Positions 29,944-40,381 are shown, counted from the stretch's first letter. The stretch is 64,000 bases of DNA from a virus (IMGVR_UViG_3300021387_000091:69979-133978), one strand, 5' to 3'. The notes: a model not told the origin generated them from the letters alone. Program-made: numbers and translations.

Positions 29944-30203
29944 TTACTATAATTAAGTTTAAATGTTAGTAAATCTATTGAATAAGCACTACTACATTCT
30001 TTAATACGTCCATCAGAATCAATTGCCATTTTAAATACGGTAATCCAATTATTGTAAACATCTACAACTTTTACAAGATCTCCATACTTATTTACATAAA
30101 TATCTCCTAATGTTGGCTCGGATAATAGTACTAAACAAATAATTATTACACAAATTATTAAAATAATTGCAACCATTTTTATTCTATTTCTTCTGGAGTC
30201 CAA
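29931..30203 (-). CDS. small membrane-anchored protein
   Basis: ORF track; hydrophobic N-terminal segment. Confidence 0.35.
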   Translation of the reverse strand: MDSRRNRIKMVAIILIICVIIICLVLLSEPTLGDIYVNKYGDLVKVVDVYNNWITVFKMAIDSDGRIKECSSAYSIDLLTFKLNYSKWPK

Positions 30204-30421
30204 AGAGGAGCGGTAATTCCTCCATCTTTTGCAGACTTTACAAGTGAATTATAAAGTTCTACAGACTTTTGATCTACATTATAACCATCAATGAAATACC
30301 CGCGATTTGTCTGAACAAGTTTTCCGGGAACAAATTTGTGGTGAGGAAATCTTTTGTAAGATTTTTCATTTTTACGAACAGTCTTGTTCGATACAATAGA
30401 GTAAAGATTATAAAGTTTCAT
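30179..30421 (-). CDS. hypothetical protein
   Basis: ORF track. Confidence 0.4.
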   Translation of the reverse strand: MKLYNLYSIVSNKTVRKNEKSYKRFPHHKFVPGKLVQTNRGYFIDGYNVDQKSVELYNSLVKSAKDGGITAPLWTPEEIE

Positions 30422-30443
30422 AATAAAAAAACATTAGGTGTTG

Positions 30444-30515
30444 TAGCGGTTCTCGGGCTTGAACCGAGGACCTTACCTTATAAGGGTACTGCTCTAACCG
30501 CTGAGCTAAACCGCT
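30444..30515 (-). tRNA. tRNA-Ile(TAT) candidate
   Basis: AGCGGTT TA GCTC-AGCGGTTA-GAGC A GTACC-CTTATAA-GGTAA GGTC CTCGG-TTCAAGC-CCGAG AACCGCT A; one G.A mismatch in anticodon stem. Confidence 0.65.
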
Positions 30516-30741
30516 AATTACTTTCCAACATCTTGCCAAGATTTTTTAATAAAGCATTGTTAGCAGATTTCAAACTATTAAGAGAATTAACTTCTGCTGT
30601 TAAGTTTGCAATCATTTTATTATTTTTAGTTACTTCAGAATCAATATCTTTATTAACTGATTCCAAATCAGAATACATCTGTCTTAAAGAGCTAAAAGAG
30701 CTAAGAATGTCATTTCTTTTGACGATTAAATCTTGTACCAT
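30514..30741 (-). CDS. coiled-coil small protein
   Basis: ORF track. Confidence 0.4.
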   Translation of the reverse strand: MVQDLIVKRNDILSSFSSLRQMYSDLESVNKDIDSEVTKNNKMIANLTAEVNSLNSLKSANNALLKNLGKMLESN

Positions 30742-30759
30742 ATTATTAATTTAAATGTA

Positions 30760-31077
30760 TTACCATCCCCAATAATCAGATGAAGTTTCCGTAGTTACAA
30801 CAGACTCTGGATCACTGTTTTTGCATTTAGGACATTCCGGAGAATGGATAATTGTGCGGTTTCCATGATTTTTAAGATGAAGCATCCACATCTCATGCCC
30901 TTCTAATTCAAATGTAAATTTTTCAACAATATCCTGATGACCTCTACAATTTTCTGTATGATGCCATTCAATTTTAGTTTTCTTAACTAAAGAACCAACT
31001 GTAGAATTACGAACACTTTCAGAAGAACAACAGCCAACTAAAATTAATAATAATGCTATTATACTAATTCTTTTCAT
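30760..31077 (-). CDS. lipoprotein
   Basis: Signal peptide and lipobox LVGCCS; paralog of 42146-42457. Confidence 0.5.
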   Translation of the reverse strand: MKRISIIALLLILVGCCSSESVRNSTVGSLVKKTKIEWHHTENCRGHQDIVEKFTFELEGHEMWMLHLKNHGNRTIIHSPECPKCKNSDPESVVTTETSSDYWGW

Positions 31078-31370
31078 AAAGGCTTATTAAACCAATCTAG
31101 TATTTGACAAAGTATATCGTCCTTTTTTCTAAGTTTAATGTTTTCAGTCTTTTCGTATTTAGTTGTTAAATACTTAAATGGCACAATTAAAGAACAAATA
31201 ATGTTAAAAATAGGAATTAAGAGAGAAAGAAGAGCAATTGCTATAAATGCTCTATTTATAACAATAGGCTCTTCTCTATTACGATATACTGCAACCATAT
31301 AGTGCATAATTAATATCCATATAAAATAAATAACAATACTAATTAGCACTAACCAAAGTTTCCAACTCAT
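31059..31370 (-). CDS. membrane protein (1 TGA near C-terminus)
   Basis: ORF 31074-31370 extended through TGA at 31074. Confidence 0.45.
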
Positions 31371-32581
31371 TACTTCTTCTGAGTATCAATCTTTTTAACA
31401 ATATCCAGCATCATGTTATATCCAACAGCATCCATTGCATTTGAGCCAGAACCATCTTTACCAGATACCATTATTTCAGGAACCCAACGAACGTTTGATT
31501 TACTAAGAGCTTCAGCAATACCAACTGCTGTCTTATAATCCCATTCAGCTCTCTCCTGAGGTGTTAGACCTGCTGCAACCTTAAGTCTATTGGCTTCAGC
31601 TTCTGCTTGACCTTCAGCAACAATACGCTTTTTATCAAATTCAGCTTTCTCTGCAGCAAGACGAGAAACTTCACGTTCCTGTTCTGCCTTAGTAACTTCT
31701 ACAGCTTTAATCTTTTCCTGTTCCCATTTTGCACGTGCAGCAACAGCTTTTCCTTCCTGTTCAGCACGAACTGCTTCCTGCTGAGCTGCAGCAGACTTTG
31801 CTTTAGAGGTCTGAATTAACATATTTGCCTCTTGCTGCTGTGCAATCTGTTGTTTTACCTTATCGGAATAATCAATCTTAGATACAGCAACCTGTCCAAT
31901 CGAAAGACCGTAATAAGCAAATGGTGAAGCTTCAGAACGTTTAAATCCACCAGGTGCATTTTCATCAGGAATAAGAGTAGCAAGTTTAATTGTCTTCTTT
32001 TCTCCAGTTACAGCATCTGTAGTTTCCTCAACTTTAACAGCAGTTTTATAAACACCATTGTTAAGCTGATCGGTAATGTAATCAATCAGATCATTCTTCT
32101 TTTCAGCATAAGATTCAAATGCTGACATTAGAGGGCCAGATGCATAAATTACCTTAGTAACAGTCTGAGAAACTAAATCGTTCATCAGTCTATCCATGCC
32201 ATTATAATCGGTCTGAATACGACTTAAATGTTCTTCATCAGTAGGAAGTTTTACTCGAAGTGAACCATAAATCTGACCATCTGAAGCATCATTAAAAATT
32301 ACAGGAATAGGAGTACCTTGCTGCTTATTATCGTCATCAGATGAACCAAACCAGAACTGCTGAGTCTTAAAGTAATAAGTAGTCTTACCAAACCACTGGA
32401 ACTTCAGACCCGGTGTAGTCCAGTATGCCATTTCACCAGTGAAAGGATACTGGTTAACAACGATTTCTTCATTACGAACGTCTTCTGCTACAGATTTTGC
32501 GCAGATGAGAAAAATTACACTAACTACTGCTACAATAATAGCAATAATTGAGCCTTTGCTAATGATTTTTTGATTGTTCAT
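31370..32581 (-). CDS. SPFH/band-7 (HflK/C-like) membrane protein
   Basis: N-terminal TM, SPFH core and long Ala/Glu/Lys-rich coiled coil. Confidence 0.7.
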   Translation of the reverse strand: MNNQKIISKGSIIAIIVAVVSVIFLICAKSVAEDVRNEEIVVNQYPFTGEMAYWTTPGLKFQWFGKTTYYFKTQQFWFGSSDDDNKQQGTPIPVIFNDASDGQIYGSLRVKLPTDEEHLSRIQTDYNGMDRLMNDLVSQTVTKVIYASGPLMSAFESYAEKKNDLIDYITDQLNNGVYKTAVKVEETTDAVTGEKKTIKLATLIPDENAPGGFKRSEASPFAYYGLSIGQVAVSKIDYSDKVKQQIAQQQEANMLIQTSKAKSAAAQQEAVRAEQEGKAVAARAKWEQEKIKAVEVTKAEQEREVSRLAAEKAEFDKKRIVAEGQAEAEANRLKVAAGLTPQERAEWDYKTAVGIAEALSKSNVRWVPEIMVSGKDGSGSNAMDAVGYNMMLDIVKKIDTQKK

Positions 32582-32756
32582 GTTTTTTAACTTTTTTATT
32601 TTCTCTATTAAACCAATAATAAAAAGGAATTAACGCTTTTCCAATAGTGATATTCTGATAAGTAATTTTAAATAAGTTAAAACAGTGGCAAACAACAGTT
32701 ATTATATAAAGAAAATATAATAACATGAATGCAAAAATAATTAATTTGTATATCAT
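32559..32756 (-). CDS. small membrane protein
   Basis: ORF track. Confidence 0.3.
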   Translation of the reverse strand: MIYKLIIFAFMLLYFLYIITVVCHCFNLFKITYQNITIGKALIPFYYWFNRENKKVKKHEQSKNH

Positions 32757-33364
32757 TATAATAATTTAGCAAGTTCTATAACAGATATTGAAATCTTATA
32801 CTCCTTAATATAATCTTCCATAGTCTTTCCATCCTTGAGGTACCAACAGGCACACTTGGCGGGGTTTTCATATGTCCAACAGCCCTTACACCAATCACAA
32901 GTCTTGGCAGGACAACCGATCTTACATATATGATCTTCTGGAATGAAAGGTTCGGGGTTACCATTTTCATCCCTATGAAACTCATTCCAAGCCTTTTCAC
33001 TTTCAATGAGCTGATTCTTTTCATCTTCTTCAAACCCACAGGTAAAAGAGTAAAGGCGGAACACCTTTCCAATCTTCTTTTCCCTTTCCTCACGGATCAT
33101 ATCCAGTCTCTTCTGGGTTTCCTCATCAGGTAAATCATTACCATCCTGTGTCTTGAACCATCCATTCTTGCGGTATGCTTCCGGCTGATAAGAATCATAC
33201 CAGGACAGACAGCGGTTATCATGGGGAGCACCCTCCTTGAAAGCATACTCAATGTAATAACCTTTGTCATCCTTCTTGAGAACAACAATGGTGTCAATCA
33301 TAGGGCGTCCAAACACATCCTTCTTATTTTGGAGATCTTCTTTAATAAGTTCTATAACGTCCAT
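32756..33364 (-). CDS. hypothetical Cys-rich protein (start of GC-richer island)
   Basis: ORF track; composition shift to ~45% GC. Confidence 0.5.
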   Translation of the reverse strand: MDVIELIKEDLQNKKDVFGRPMIDTIVVLKKDDKGYYIEYAFKEGAPHDNRCLSWYDSYQPEAYRKNGWFKTQDGNDLPDEETQKRLDMIREEREKKIGKVFRLYSFTCGFEEDEKNQLIESEKAWNEFHRDENGNPEPFIPEDHICKIGCPAKTCDWCKGCWTYENPAKCACWYLKDGKTMEDYIKEYKISISVIELAKLL

Positions 33365-33768
33365 TATAATATTACTTCCTTTTCAATTTTACAAAGCTTA
33401 AGGGCGTGCTGAAGCTGATGAACATATTCACATGTTATATTCGAATCATATATGTTAATGAAGCAAGGCCAATTTCCCTTTTTATCAAGACACGCTGTTG
33501 CTAATTCAAGTCCTTCATAAATCCACCAACCATTCCACACCGAATCCTTATTGTCGTTCCGGAGGAAATCAAATTCATTTTTCTCCAAGATTTCTGGTGT
33601 AAGAGGAACACCATCTACTTTGTCTTCTGAATGATACCTATCCTCAGCGAGGGTATATAATTCATCGTCGGCCATGATTTCGTCATCAATGCCATTTACG
33701 GCTTGAATCTTGCGAGGAGTGCCGTTTATCAGCACCCAATCCCCAACCATTAGTTCATTAGCTTTCAT
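33364..33768 (-). CDS. hypothetical protein
   Basis: ORF track. Confidence 0.5.
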   Translation of the reverse strand: MKANELMVGDWVLINGTPRKIQAVNGIDDEIMADDELYTLAEDRYHSEDKVDGVPLTPEILEKNEFDFLRNDNKDSVWNGWWIYEGLELATACLDKKGNWPCFINIYDSNITCEYVHQLQHALKLCKIEKEVIL

Positions 33769-33786
33769 CTTCTTTCTATGTTAGGC

Positions 33787-34032
33787 TTATAGTTTATCAA
33801 ACAATCTATCAATGACTACAATAGGGAGTAGTACAACAATAAAAGCTACACACAGAGGCCAGATAGCAGTACGGGCGCATACATCACATTTCCATACCTC
33901 CGGAGTAATCTCATGTACCACATCATATTCAATAGTGTACTCTCCATTTTGAAAAGGGAAGAATCGTTTTTCCATCCATATCCAACAAAGGATACCGAGG
34001 ATATAAACTGCTAACAATATCCAACCAATCAT
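33787..34032 (-). CDS. small membrane protein
   Basis: ORF track. Confidence 0.4.
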   Translation of the reverse strand: MIGWILLAVYILGILCWIWMEKRFFPFQNGEYTIEYDVVHEITPEVWKCDVCARTAIWPLCVAFIVVLLPIVVIDRLFDKL

Positions 34033-34158
34033 AATTTCTCTTTTAGGCTTTCGTTAGGTTAATAAAAAGGCGCAGCGTTCATTTTCCTTCTTATGTGTTG
34101 CTATGCAAGTTACCACGAATGTAATGTAGAGCCTTTACTTTTCTTCTGCGCCATATGG

Positions 34159-34599
34159 TTACTGTTTCTTTCGAATTTGAACTATAACCTTATCTCCGGG
34201 ATTAAACTCTTCGTAGGGGACAAACACATATTTTCTATCTTCTAAATCACTATATTTTACTTCATCAGTGTATCCCTGCCCCGTTATCCACTCAACACCA
34301 GCTTTGAAAATGTTAAGGAAAGATAATCCTTCACCATCTTCAAGTCTGATATGTGCCTGTATCGCTGCCTCGTCAAGATTTGAGGGAAGCAGTGAGATGT
34401 TGTCAAGCATTGCTTCTGTTCCATCAACGAACTGAACCACGAAGAAGAATTCTTTTAGACCATCAATAGAAAATGATTTTATTATATGAGGTCTTCCGTC
34501 ACCATCTTTCAGGCGAACTTTATCTCCTATTTTAAAACCATTTATAGAGGTTATGGGTTGTGAAAGTTTGAGCATATTATATTGAGTTAAGTTTGTCAA
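34159..34599 (-). CDS. hypothetical protein
   Basis: ORF track. Confidence 0.5.
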   Translation of the reverse strand: MTNLTQYNMLKLSQPITSINGFKIGDKVRLKDGDGRPHIIKSFSIDGLKEFFFVVQFVDGTEAMLDNISLLPSNLDEAAIQAHIRLEDGEGLSFLNIFKAGVEWITGQGYTDEVKYSDLEDRKYVFVPYEEFNPGDKVIVQIRKKQ

Positions 34600-34821
34600 T
34601 TACATCCATAAAAGCATTCCTTCGTCCGTAAGAACGCTCTGCTTTGCGGCTTTCATCATTTCCTCTTCCGCCCACTCTAGCAGCACGCCCTTGCGGATGT
34701 ATTTTTCATTTTGGACGGTATGACCTCTCATTCCTTTCTTTAACGGTTCAAGAGTCCAGTTTTTACATGGTTCGTCATCAAAAAAATAGCCGTGTAAGAA
34801 AATAGTTTCTGGTGCTTTCAT
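34600..34821 (-). CDS. hypothetical protein (paralog of 37427-37657)
   Basis: Shared YIRKxxLLEWAEE motif. Confidence 0.45.
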   Translation of the reverse strand: MKAPETIFLHGYFFDDEPCKNWTLEPLKKGMRGHTVQNEKYIRKGVLLEWAEEEMMKAAKQSVLTDEGMLLWM

Positions 34822-34982
34822 TTGCTTTCCTCCTTTCTTGTGTTTTTATCCATTTTCTTGTCAAACCTACGATTGGATAAATCTACGAGCCAGCATTCAA
34901 TAAGATCCCACCCTCCGAAGAGAAGAGCGCATATTAACGCTCCTATAATGCCGCACACAATACCATCAATCGTTATTATCAT
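34818..34982 (-). CDS. small membrane protein
   Basis: C-terminal half of ORF 34818-35153 starting at ATG 34980-34982, just after stop of upstream gene. Confidence 0.35.
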   Translation of the reverse strand: MIITIDGIVCGIIGALICALLFGGWDLIECWLVDLSNRRFDKKMDKNTRKEESK

Positions 34983-34983
34983 A

Positions 34984-35607
34984 TTATTCCTCCTTTCTTG
35001 CGTTAAGACCGAGTTCGTAGAAGTAGCGGGCAAACCGAGCAATTCTTGGAGCCCAATCTTTATAGTTTCTAAGTTCTCCAATAAAGCCGATTGTGTATTG
35101 TTCAATTTCTTTCTCCAAATCCACCTCCGACTGCTCCTGCTGGAGAATCTCATTTACTTCATCCTGCGTGAACATAAAATCCATGCAGTATTGTTGTAAG
35201 CAACAAAGGACTATTTCCGCCCCTACACTTTCCATATATTCGCTAAGTATAGCAAGGTCATGTGGAGCAATATTCCTCTTAATTTCGGTGGCTCGTTCTT
35301 TTGTTTCTTTTATGCGGTCAATAGCGTTAGAACGATGCAAGCCAATCTCGCTTATCAGCAGGCCATAATTCATCCAGCCCTTCTTTTGTGTCTCCTGTTC
35401 GATGCGCGGTACCTGTGTAAGTTTCGGCTGCTCCTGCTGGAGAGATGAGATAGTGCGTAAGACATTTTCGTATTGTAAAACTACAGCGTCCCATTTCGTG
35501 CAATCAGATGATGTTCCGGTTTCTCCCGCAAAACGGGCTTTTTCCTTTGCATCAAGATATTTTTTTTCTATCTTCTCTTTTAGTTTGTCCGCGTCAATGT
35601 ATTTCAT
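34984..35607 (-). CDS. hypothetical protein
   Basis: ORF track. Confidence 0.5.
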   Translation of the reverse strand: MKYIDADKLKEKIEKKYLDAKEKARFAGETGTSSDCTKWDAVVLQYENVLRTISSLQQEQPKLTQVPRIEQETQKKGWMNYGLLISEIGLHRSNAIDRIKETKERATEIKRNIAPHDLAILSEYMESVGAEIVLCCLQQYCMDFMFTQDEVNEILQQEQSEVDLEKEIEQYTIGFIGELRNYKDWAPRIARFARYFYELGLNARKEE

Positions 35608-35609
35608 GG

Positions 35610-36383
35610 CTAAAGTAGTTTTTGAAGGTCGTTATAAAGTGACACAAGAATACGATAGGCATCATATCCACCCACAGACGCATTATGAATTTCTTTTGCT
35701 TTGGAAACACAATCCAAAAGGCAACGCATCTGTTCCTCGCTCGGCTTCCAGCGCCTGTAATACATACTTTTTAAAGCGTCGGGATTGCTGTTCTTTTCAA
35801 TAGATAGACATACCCCATTGAATCGCAGAATAAGACATTCACCGATTTTTCTCGCTTCTTCGATGGTATCACTAATCGCCTTGTCGATAATAGTACCAGG
35901 GCGGGGTTCATATACCCTCACATAGCCTTCCTTGCTCCACTCTGCGGGCTGCTGGTCTTGTGTTAAAGTGTCCTTGTCTGCTGGCCAATTTCGTGCAACA
36001 TAGTCTCTGCGCTCCTTGATTATCTCATCGTCTTCTCCGATATGACAGACATACCAACCATGTCTTTTCAGGGCGTGGTGCAATGCTGCTGGAATATAAC
36101 TATCGCAAATACCATAATCAGGTTCAGCTGTACCAGATTCATCTCTGGGCTTCTGCTCTTTCTGCCTTTCGAGGTAGGCAATAGCTTCGTCTTTTGTAAC
36201 ATCATTAATAAGTGTCCCATCCTGGTGGGCTGCTGCACAGATAGCATAACTTATTGCTTTCCTTATTCTCTCGTCCTTGCTCTCCTTGAGCTCAATGATA
36301 ACCTTGTTACCTTCAATTCTAGCTTCATAGCCTTCAGGTATCTCACGCTCATAACGAATCGCCATATTTGCTTGTTCATTCAT
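35610..36383 (-). CDS. hypothetical protein (cassette A; paralog of 44607-45293)
   Basis: Shared IPEGYEARIE...NDLQKLL ends. Confidence 0.5.
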   Translation of the reverse strand: MNEQANMAIRYEREIPEGYEARIEGNKVIIELKESKDERIRKAISYAICAAAHQDGTLINDVTKDEAIAYLERQKEQKPRDESGTAEPDYGICDSYIPAALHHALKRHGWYVCHIGEDDEIIKERRDYVARNWPADKDTLTQDQQPAEWSKEGYVRVYEPRPGTIIDKAISDTIEEARKIGECLILRFNGVCLSIEKNSNPDALKSMYYRRWKPSEEQMRCLLDCVSKAKEIHNASVGGYDAYRILVSLYNDLQKLL

Positions 36384-36386
36384 ATT

Positions 36387-36767
36387 CTAAATCAAATTTT
36401 CGAGACAATACTTGATAGCCGCTTCACAAGCACTCTCATAATGCTCATATATCCATCCTTGATGATACGATTCATTGGTTTTAGCAACAGTTATCTCAAT
36501 ATCCCAAAGAAATTTTTCATTATCGAGTACACTACTTAAAATTGGCACAACAGCCACACCTTTATCTTCTCTCAGCCATTTCATTACCATTTGAATGGTT
36601 GGACAACAAATAAAACAAAAATCAGGTTGAATTATTTGAGAGTTAGTTCTATTACTTGTTGGAATATATTCTCCATTTTTATTATATCCTAAATAACATA
36701 TTTCATCAAACTCTTTCTCTTTTAAGAGTTTCGCTACCTCAAAGCTAACGTAATCTTCAGTTATCAT
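36387..36767 (-). CDS. hypothetical protein (paralog of 46190-46588)
   Basis: Shared MITEDYVSFE...AIKYCLENLI. Confidence 0.5.
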   Translation of the reverse strand: MITEDYVSFEVAKLLKEKEFDEICYLGYNKNGEYIPTSNRTNSQIIQPDFCFICCPTIQMVMKWLREDKGVAVVPILSSVLDNEKFLWDIEITVAKTNESYHQGWIYEHYESACEAAIKYCLENLI

Positions 36768-37015
36768 ATAAGTTTAAATAAAATGTCGGTGTAGAAACAA
36801 AATTCATTAGGCCAGTCTTCAAGATTTCCATTCTTATCAATCCTAATGTATTTATTTTTGAAAAGAATCTTGTATCCAGTAGCCTGTTCTGCTTTTATTT
36901 GTGCCCTAACATTGTCGAGACTTATTATATTTGTTATAAGTCCGAGATTTTTTCTTTCTGGGGAAATCAAAAATGCTTCAAAATTTCCGATGTTGTTGTT
37001 AATTACAATTGCCAT
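36764..37015 (-). CDS. hypothetical protein (paralog of 47371-47652)
   Basis: Shared FEAFL.SP motif. Confidence 0.45.
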   Translation of the reverse strand: MAIVINNNIGNFEAFLISPERKNLGLITNIISLDNVRAQIKAEQATGYKILFKNKYIRIDKNGNLEDWPNEFCFYTDILFKLI

Positions 37016-37017
37016 AT

Positions 37018-37449
37018 CTATTCAGTTTTATACATCCCTTCTGGCGCTTCTAATGCTAGTCCCATAGGAATTAAACCACGATAATCGAAATGATGGGCAT
37101 TGAGCCAGTCCTGTTTATTTGTTGTAAGAAAATATTCTTTGCATTCTCCACTTTCGATAGAAAGAAATTCCCGTGTTTCATCAAATGTCATACTTGACAT
37201 GGGACGGAGATAGGGCTTGATTTCATCCGGATAAAAATACTCAGAAGCTTCATACAAACCAATTTCCTCCGTTTCAACGCAAACGCTCACTATCCTATCG
37301 TCACAATATCTCTCTATGCCTAAATCCGCGTCTTCTTCGTTATCATAATCGATTTGGCACTTGATACCATAAGGCAACCTTGCACATATATCTTTCAGTA
37401 GTAGTCGTTTTTCTTCTTGTGTCATATTACATTGAGTTGAGCTTGTCAA
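37018..37449 (-). CDS. hypothetical protein (paralog of 46928-47359)
   Basis: Shared LLLKD.CARLPYG...GLIPMGLALEA. Confidence 0.5.
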   Translation of the reverse strand: MTSSTQCNMTQEEKRLLLKDICARLPYGIKCQIDYDNEEDADLGIERYCDDRIVSVCVETEEIGLYEASEYFYPDEIKPYLRPMSSMTFDETREFLSIESGECKEYFLTTNKQDWLNAHHFDYRGLIPMGLALEAPEGMYKTE

Positions 37450-37657
37450 TTAAAGTATTCCAGGCTTTCAACATAGCACCTTTACCATTAAGTTTCTCGG
37501 TGATAGAAGCCTGTTCTTCCGCCCACTCCAGTAGAGCGTCCTTGCGGATATACTCTACATTGATATCATGTTCGGACTTATCAAGATACCACAATCCATG
37601 AGGTGAGTTGTCCTCCGAAAAATTACGGGAAACATAAATTTTGTCTGGTTTATTCAT
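37427..37657 (-). CDS. hypothetical protein
   Basis: ORF track. Confidence 0.45.
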   Translation of the reverse strand: MNKPDKIYVSRNFSEDNSPHGLWYLDKSEHDINVEYIRKDALLEWAEEQASITEKLNGKGAMLKAWNTLIDKLNSM

Positions 37658-37851
37658 TTATTCTTCCTCCCTTATAACCGTTAATTTAACTTTATCTCCG
37701 TATTTAATACTTTCGTCATGCGGAAATAAAACAGTAAAAACATGATTATCATCAAATCGAAATGCCGCCTTATCATATCCAAACACGCCACACGCGATTG
37801 TTACGATACCTTCAACATCGTATTTTATTACTTTTCTCTTGTTTTGAAATC

Positions 37852-38094
37852 TTACCTATTCCACCAACAATCCATATACATTCCTTTATATGGACCACTA
37901 TTCCTATTAAGAAAAGCAAGAATATCATCGGGTTTCATAGTTCCTTCTGACAATAGTTGCAAAGCCATACTACAGCATCCGTAATCAACTCCTGGACAGA
38001 CAAGTCTTGAAAGATTTGCACTCCTACAAATATTTTCAGCATATTCAGATGCTGCCCTTTGAATATGCGGTTTATAAAGTTCGTAATTGGTCAT
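37852..38094 (-). CDS. hypothetical protein
   Basis: ORF track. Confidence 0.4.
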   Translation of the reverse strand: MTNYELYKPHIQRAASEYAENICRSANLSRLVCPGVDYGCCSMALQLLSEGTMKPDDILAFLNRNSGPYKGMYMDCWWNR

Positions 38095-38548
38095 ATGTTT
38101 CTATGTTAGTGAGGTTATGAAAACTATATTCATCACCATTATAACAATGATTTAATATTATTAATTGGTCAGAAACCACATCTCCGTTTTTACCAATGTA
38201 ATATAAACTTCCTTTTGGAATCACAGCATTGAAAATTAAACTACCCGATGTACTCATAAGTATCGGTTCTGCAGCAAGACTATTCACATAACTATGGTAT
38301 CCTTCATTCACTATCCAATAATTTCTTCCAGAAAAGAATTGTCGCTTTAACCCTAAAGTGGTCTTTTTACACTCCATGACACAATTAGCATCAAAAAATA
38401 CACACATGCCTTGATATGGTGTATAATATGAATCACTAATTTGTTCCAATACTTTAACCACCCTTATATTGGTTTTGGCAACAAGCGGCTTTGGTTTTAT
38501 AAAAAACAGTCGCTGTTTATGGATTTTTTCATTTATTGATAAACACAT
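38072..38548 (-). CDS. hypothetical protein
   Basis: ORF track. Confidence 0.45.
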   Translation of the reverse strand: MCLSINEKIHKQRLFFIKPKPLVAKTNIRVVKVLEQISDSYYTPYQGMCVFFDANCVMECKKTTLGLKRQFFSGRNYWIVNEGYHSYVNSLAAEPILMSTSGSLIFNAVIPKGSLYYIGKNGDVVSDQLIILNHCYNGDEYSFHNLTNIETYDQLRTL

Positions 38549-38616
38549 ATTTTCTTAAGAGAAGTTGAAAACATAAACTATTTGTAGATTGATAACTTTT
38601 ATTTTATCCACATTTA

Positions 38617-38940
38617 TTATCGTTTGCGTTTTTCAATTAGTTCGTTAAATTTATGTAAGATAATCTCACTTGCCTCTTGAATAGACGGAGCGTCTTCGTC
38701 TTCACATCGACTGATGTTACCAGCTTCTACTTCCTGTTCATAGATGGTAATAAGGATAGCCACATCCTTCCAATTTAGTATAAAATCTTGCTTCACTTCA
38801 ATATGACTGACGATAGCATCTTTTGACTCAATCTCGAAATCAATATTAAAGTCATTATCGTTACATTTAAGAGGCACATCGGCAGAGTTAAGACAATTGC
38901 CGATGTCCTTTATTTTTCTGTATAAATCAAATAGTGTCAT
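38617..38940 (-). CDS. hypothetical protein
   Basis: ORF track. Confidence 0.45.
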   Translation of the reverse strand: MTLFDLYRKIKDIGNCLNSADVPLKCNDNDFNIDFEIESKDAIVSHIEVKQDFILNWKDVAILITIYEQEVEAGNISRCEDEDAPSIQEASEIILHKFNELIEKRKR

Positions 38941-38943
38941 TAT

Positions 38944-39200
38944 TCTTCCTCTAATTTTTTACGAAATGCTTTAATAAAATCGTCACTATATACCTCCACA
39001 AAAACTAGCGCAATTATATAAAACTTTTATTGGAAGCATTGAATTAAGAACATTACAAACTCTTTCTGCTATATCTTTCTCCGCCTGTTCGTAGCCTTTC
39101 CGATGACAAGTCTGCTTTCCATATTCGGGTCATAATCCATATCTCGATAATCCCATTCGAGTTTTTCAGGATATGCCTCTAACGCCCTTTGTTCTGCTCT
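38944..39200 (-). pseudogene. frameshifted paralog of 39206-39460
   Basis: MDRAEQRALEAYPEK... in one frame and ...YEQAEKDIAERV... in another match the N-terminal and middle parts of the neighbouring gene product. Confidence 0.35.
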
Positions 39201-39205
39201 ATCCA

Positions 39206-39460
39206 TTATTCTTCCTCCATTGATGCTCTAAATTGCTTAACAAAAGCATATTTTATATCAGGGTTTTGCGACAATTCTCCAAGATGTCGAACAAGATATT
39301 CTGCTACTCTTTTAATCGTATCTTTTTCTGCCTGCTCATAAGCCTCTTGTGCAATCAGACGGAAAGTAGCATTGACATCTTCGTTCTGTTGAAGCCAACC
39401 AACTTTTTTTATTTTATACGGAAATTGCTTATTAGCATATTCTTCTGCTCTTTTACTCAT
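39206..39460 (-). CDS. hypothetical protein
   Basis: ORF track. Confidence 0.45.
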   Translation of the reverse strand: MSKRAEEYANKQFPYKIKKVGWLQQNEDVNATFRLIAQEAYEQAEKDTIKRVAEYLVRHLGELSQNPDIKYAFVKQFRASMEEE

Positions 39461-39737
39461 ATTTAATGATTAAAGTATCTCCTGGATTTGTATGTTCATA
39501 TGTATATTTTCCAACGAAAATTGAACATAAATGATGATCGTCAATGTCAGAAAGAAATATTCTATAGTTACCTCCCAGAGTTGTTATTTTTTCTTCTACG
39601 AGATACCTATGACTTTCTTTAGTTGATTCTTTACAAGACAATAAACAAAGTAATGTAATAAAAATTATTATTATCTTTTTCATACTTAGTCCTCCTTGAA
39701 TCCGGGAAGTTTTTCGAGAGAACGAACTGGAATACAA
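39453..39737 (-). CDS. lipoprotein
   Basis: MKKIIIIFITLLCLLSCKES signal/lipobox. Confidence 0.45.
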   Translation of the reverse strand: MYSSSFSRKTSRIQGGLSMKKIIIIFITLLCLLSCKESTKESHRYLVEEKITTLGGNYRIFLSDIDDHHLCSIFVGKYTYEHTNPGDTLIIKYE

Positions 39738-40381
39738 AGCATTTTATGATTAACCATACAATTAGGTTCGATAATATGAAAATCATTATCGTTTATCCAA
39801 CCTTTTATAAGCATTGTTTCCGTTGTGACACAATCATTTTCATCTGTTCTTTTGGTGGTAGCTTCTTCTATTGTTCTCCACCTCGGCAAGTCCTTCAAGG
39901 CTTCGGCTTTGCCCTTATTCATTGCCTCTACATACTTCTTATCAAATTCTTCAACCGAGAGCACTATATTCCCGGACAATGCGAGTTCTTTCCTTGCAAG
40001 GGCAAGGAGTTCGGCGGCCATTCCCTTGGTTTCTTCAAGAAGTTCTGTTGCCAATAGGTGTTCACCATTCATAAGATTCAAACGACGGTGTATTGCCATT
40101 TCAAACTCGCTCAGTTCTTCCTCCGGCGTGACGATGAAAAGGTCTTTTCTTCCAACTCTTGAGGAATCAGACAAGCAATAGCCATTTTGTGCATAGAATA
40201 AAGCATTTTCTGTCCCGCCTTTTGATTTGACAAGAGCTAATATATCATCGTGTACTTTTGAATATGAATTCTTCACATCCCAACACACAACACGAACTTG
40301 TCTTCCATCTTTAGTTTCCACCTTATACTCTCCGCTTTCAATTTGCGGTCTGAATTTAATGTCAAAAGGTATCTTTGCCAT
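39686..40381 (-). CDS. hypothetical protein
   Basis: ORF track. Confidence 0.5.
   Translation of the reverse strand: MAKIPFDIKFRPQIESGEYKVETKDGRQVRVVCWDVKNSYSKVHDDILALVKSKGGTENALFYAQNGYCLSDSSRVGRKDLFIVTPEEELSEFEMAIHRRLNLMNGEHLLATELLEETKGMAAELLALARKELALSGNIVLSVEEFDKKYVEAMNKGKAEALKDLPRWRTIEEATTKRTDENDCVTTETMLIKGWINDNDFHIIEPNCMVNHKMLCIPVRSLEKLPGFKED

Noticed and set aside
34818-35153. Full-length ORF 34818-35153
   Set aside because: Its upstream half overlaps gene 34984-35607 in another frame; only the C-terminal part from ATG 34982 is kept.
37660-37850. Protein-like reading frame (…DVEGIVTIACGVFGYDKAAFRFDDNHVFTV…) without a start codon
   Set aside because: No ATG/GTG/TTG in frame after the upstream TAA; possibly a decayed gene fragment, not called.
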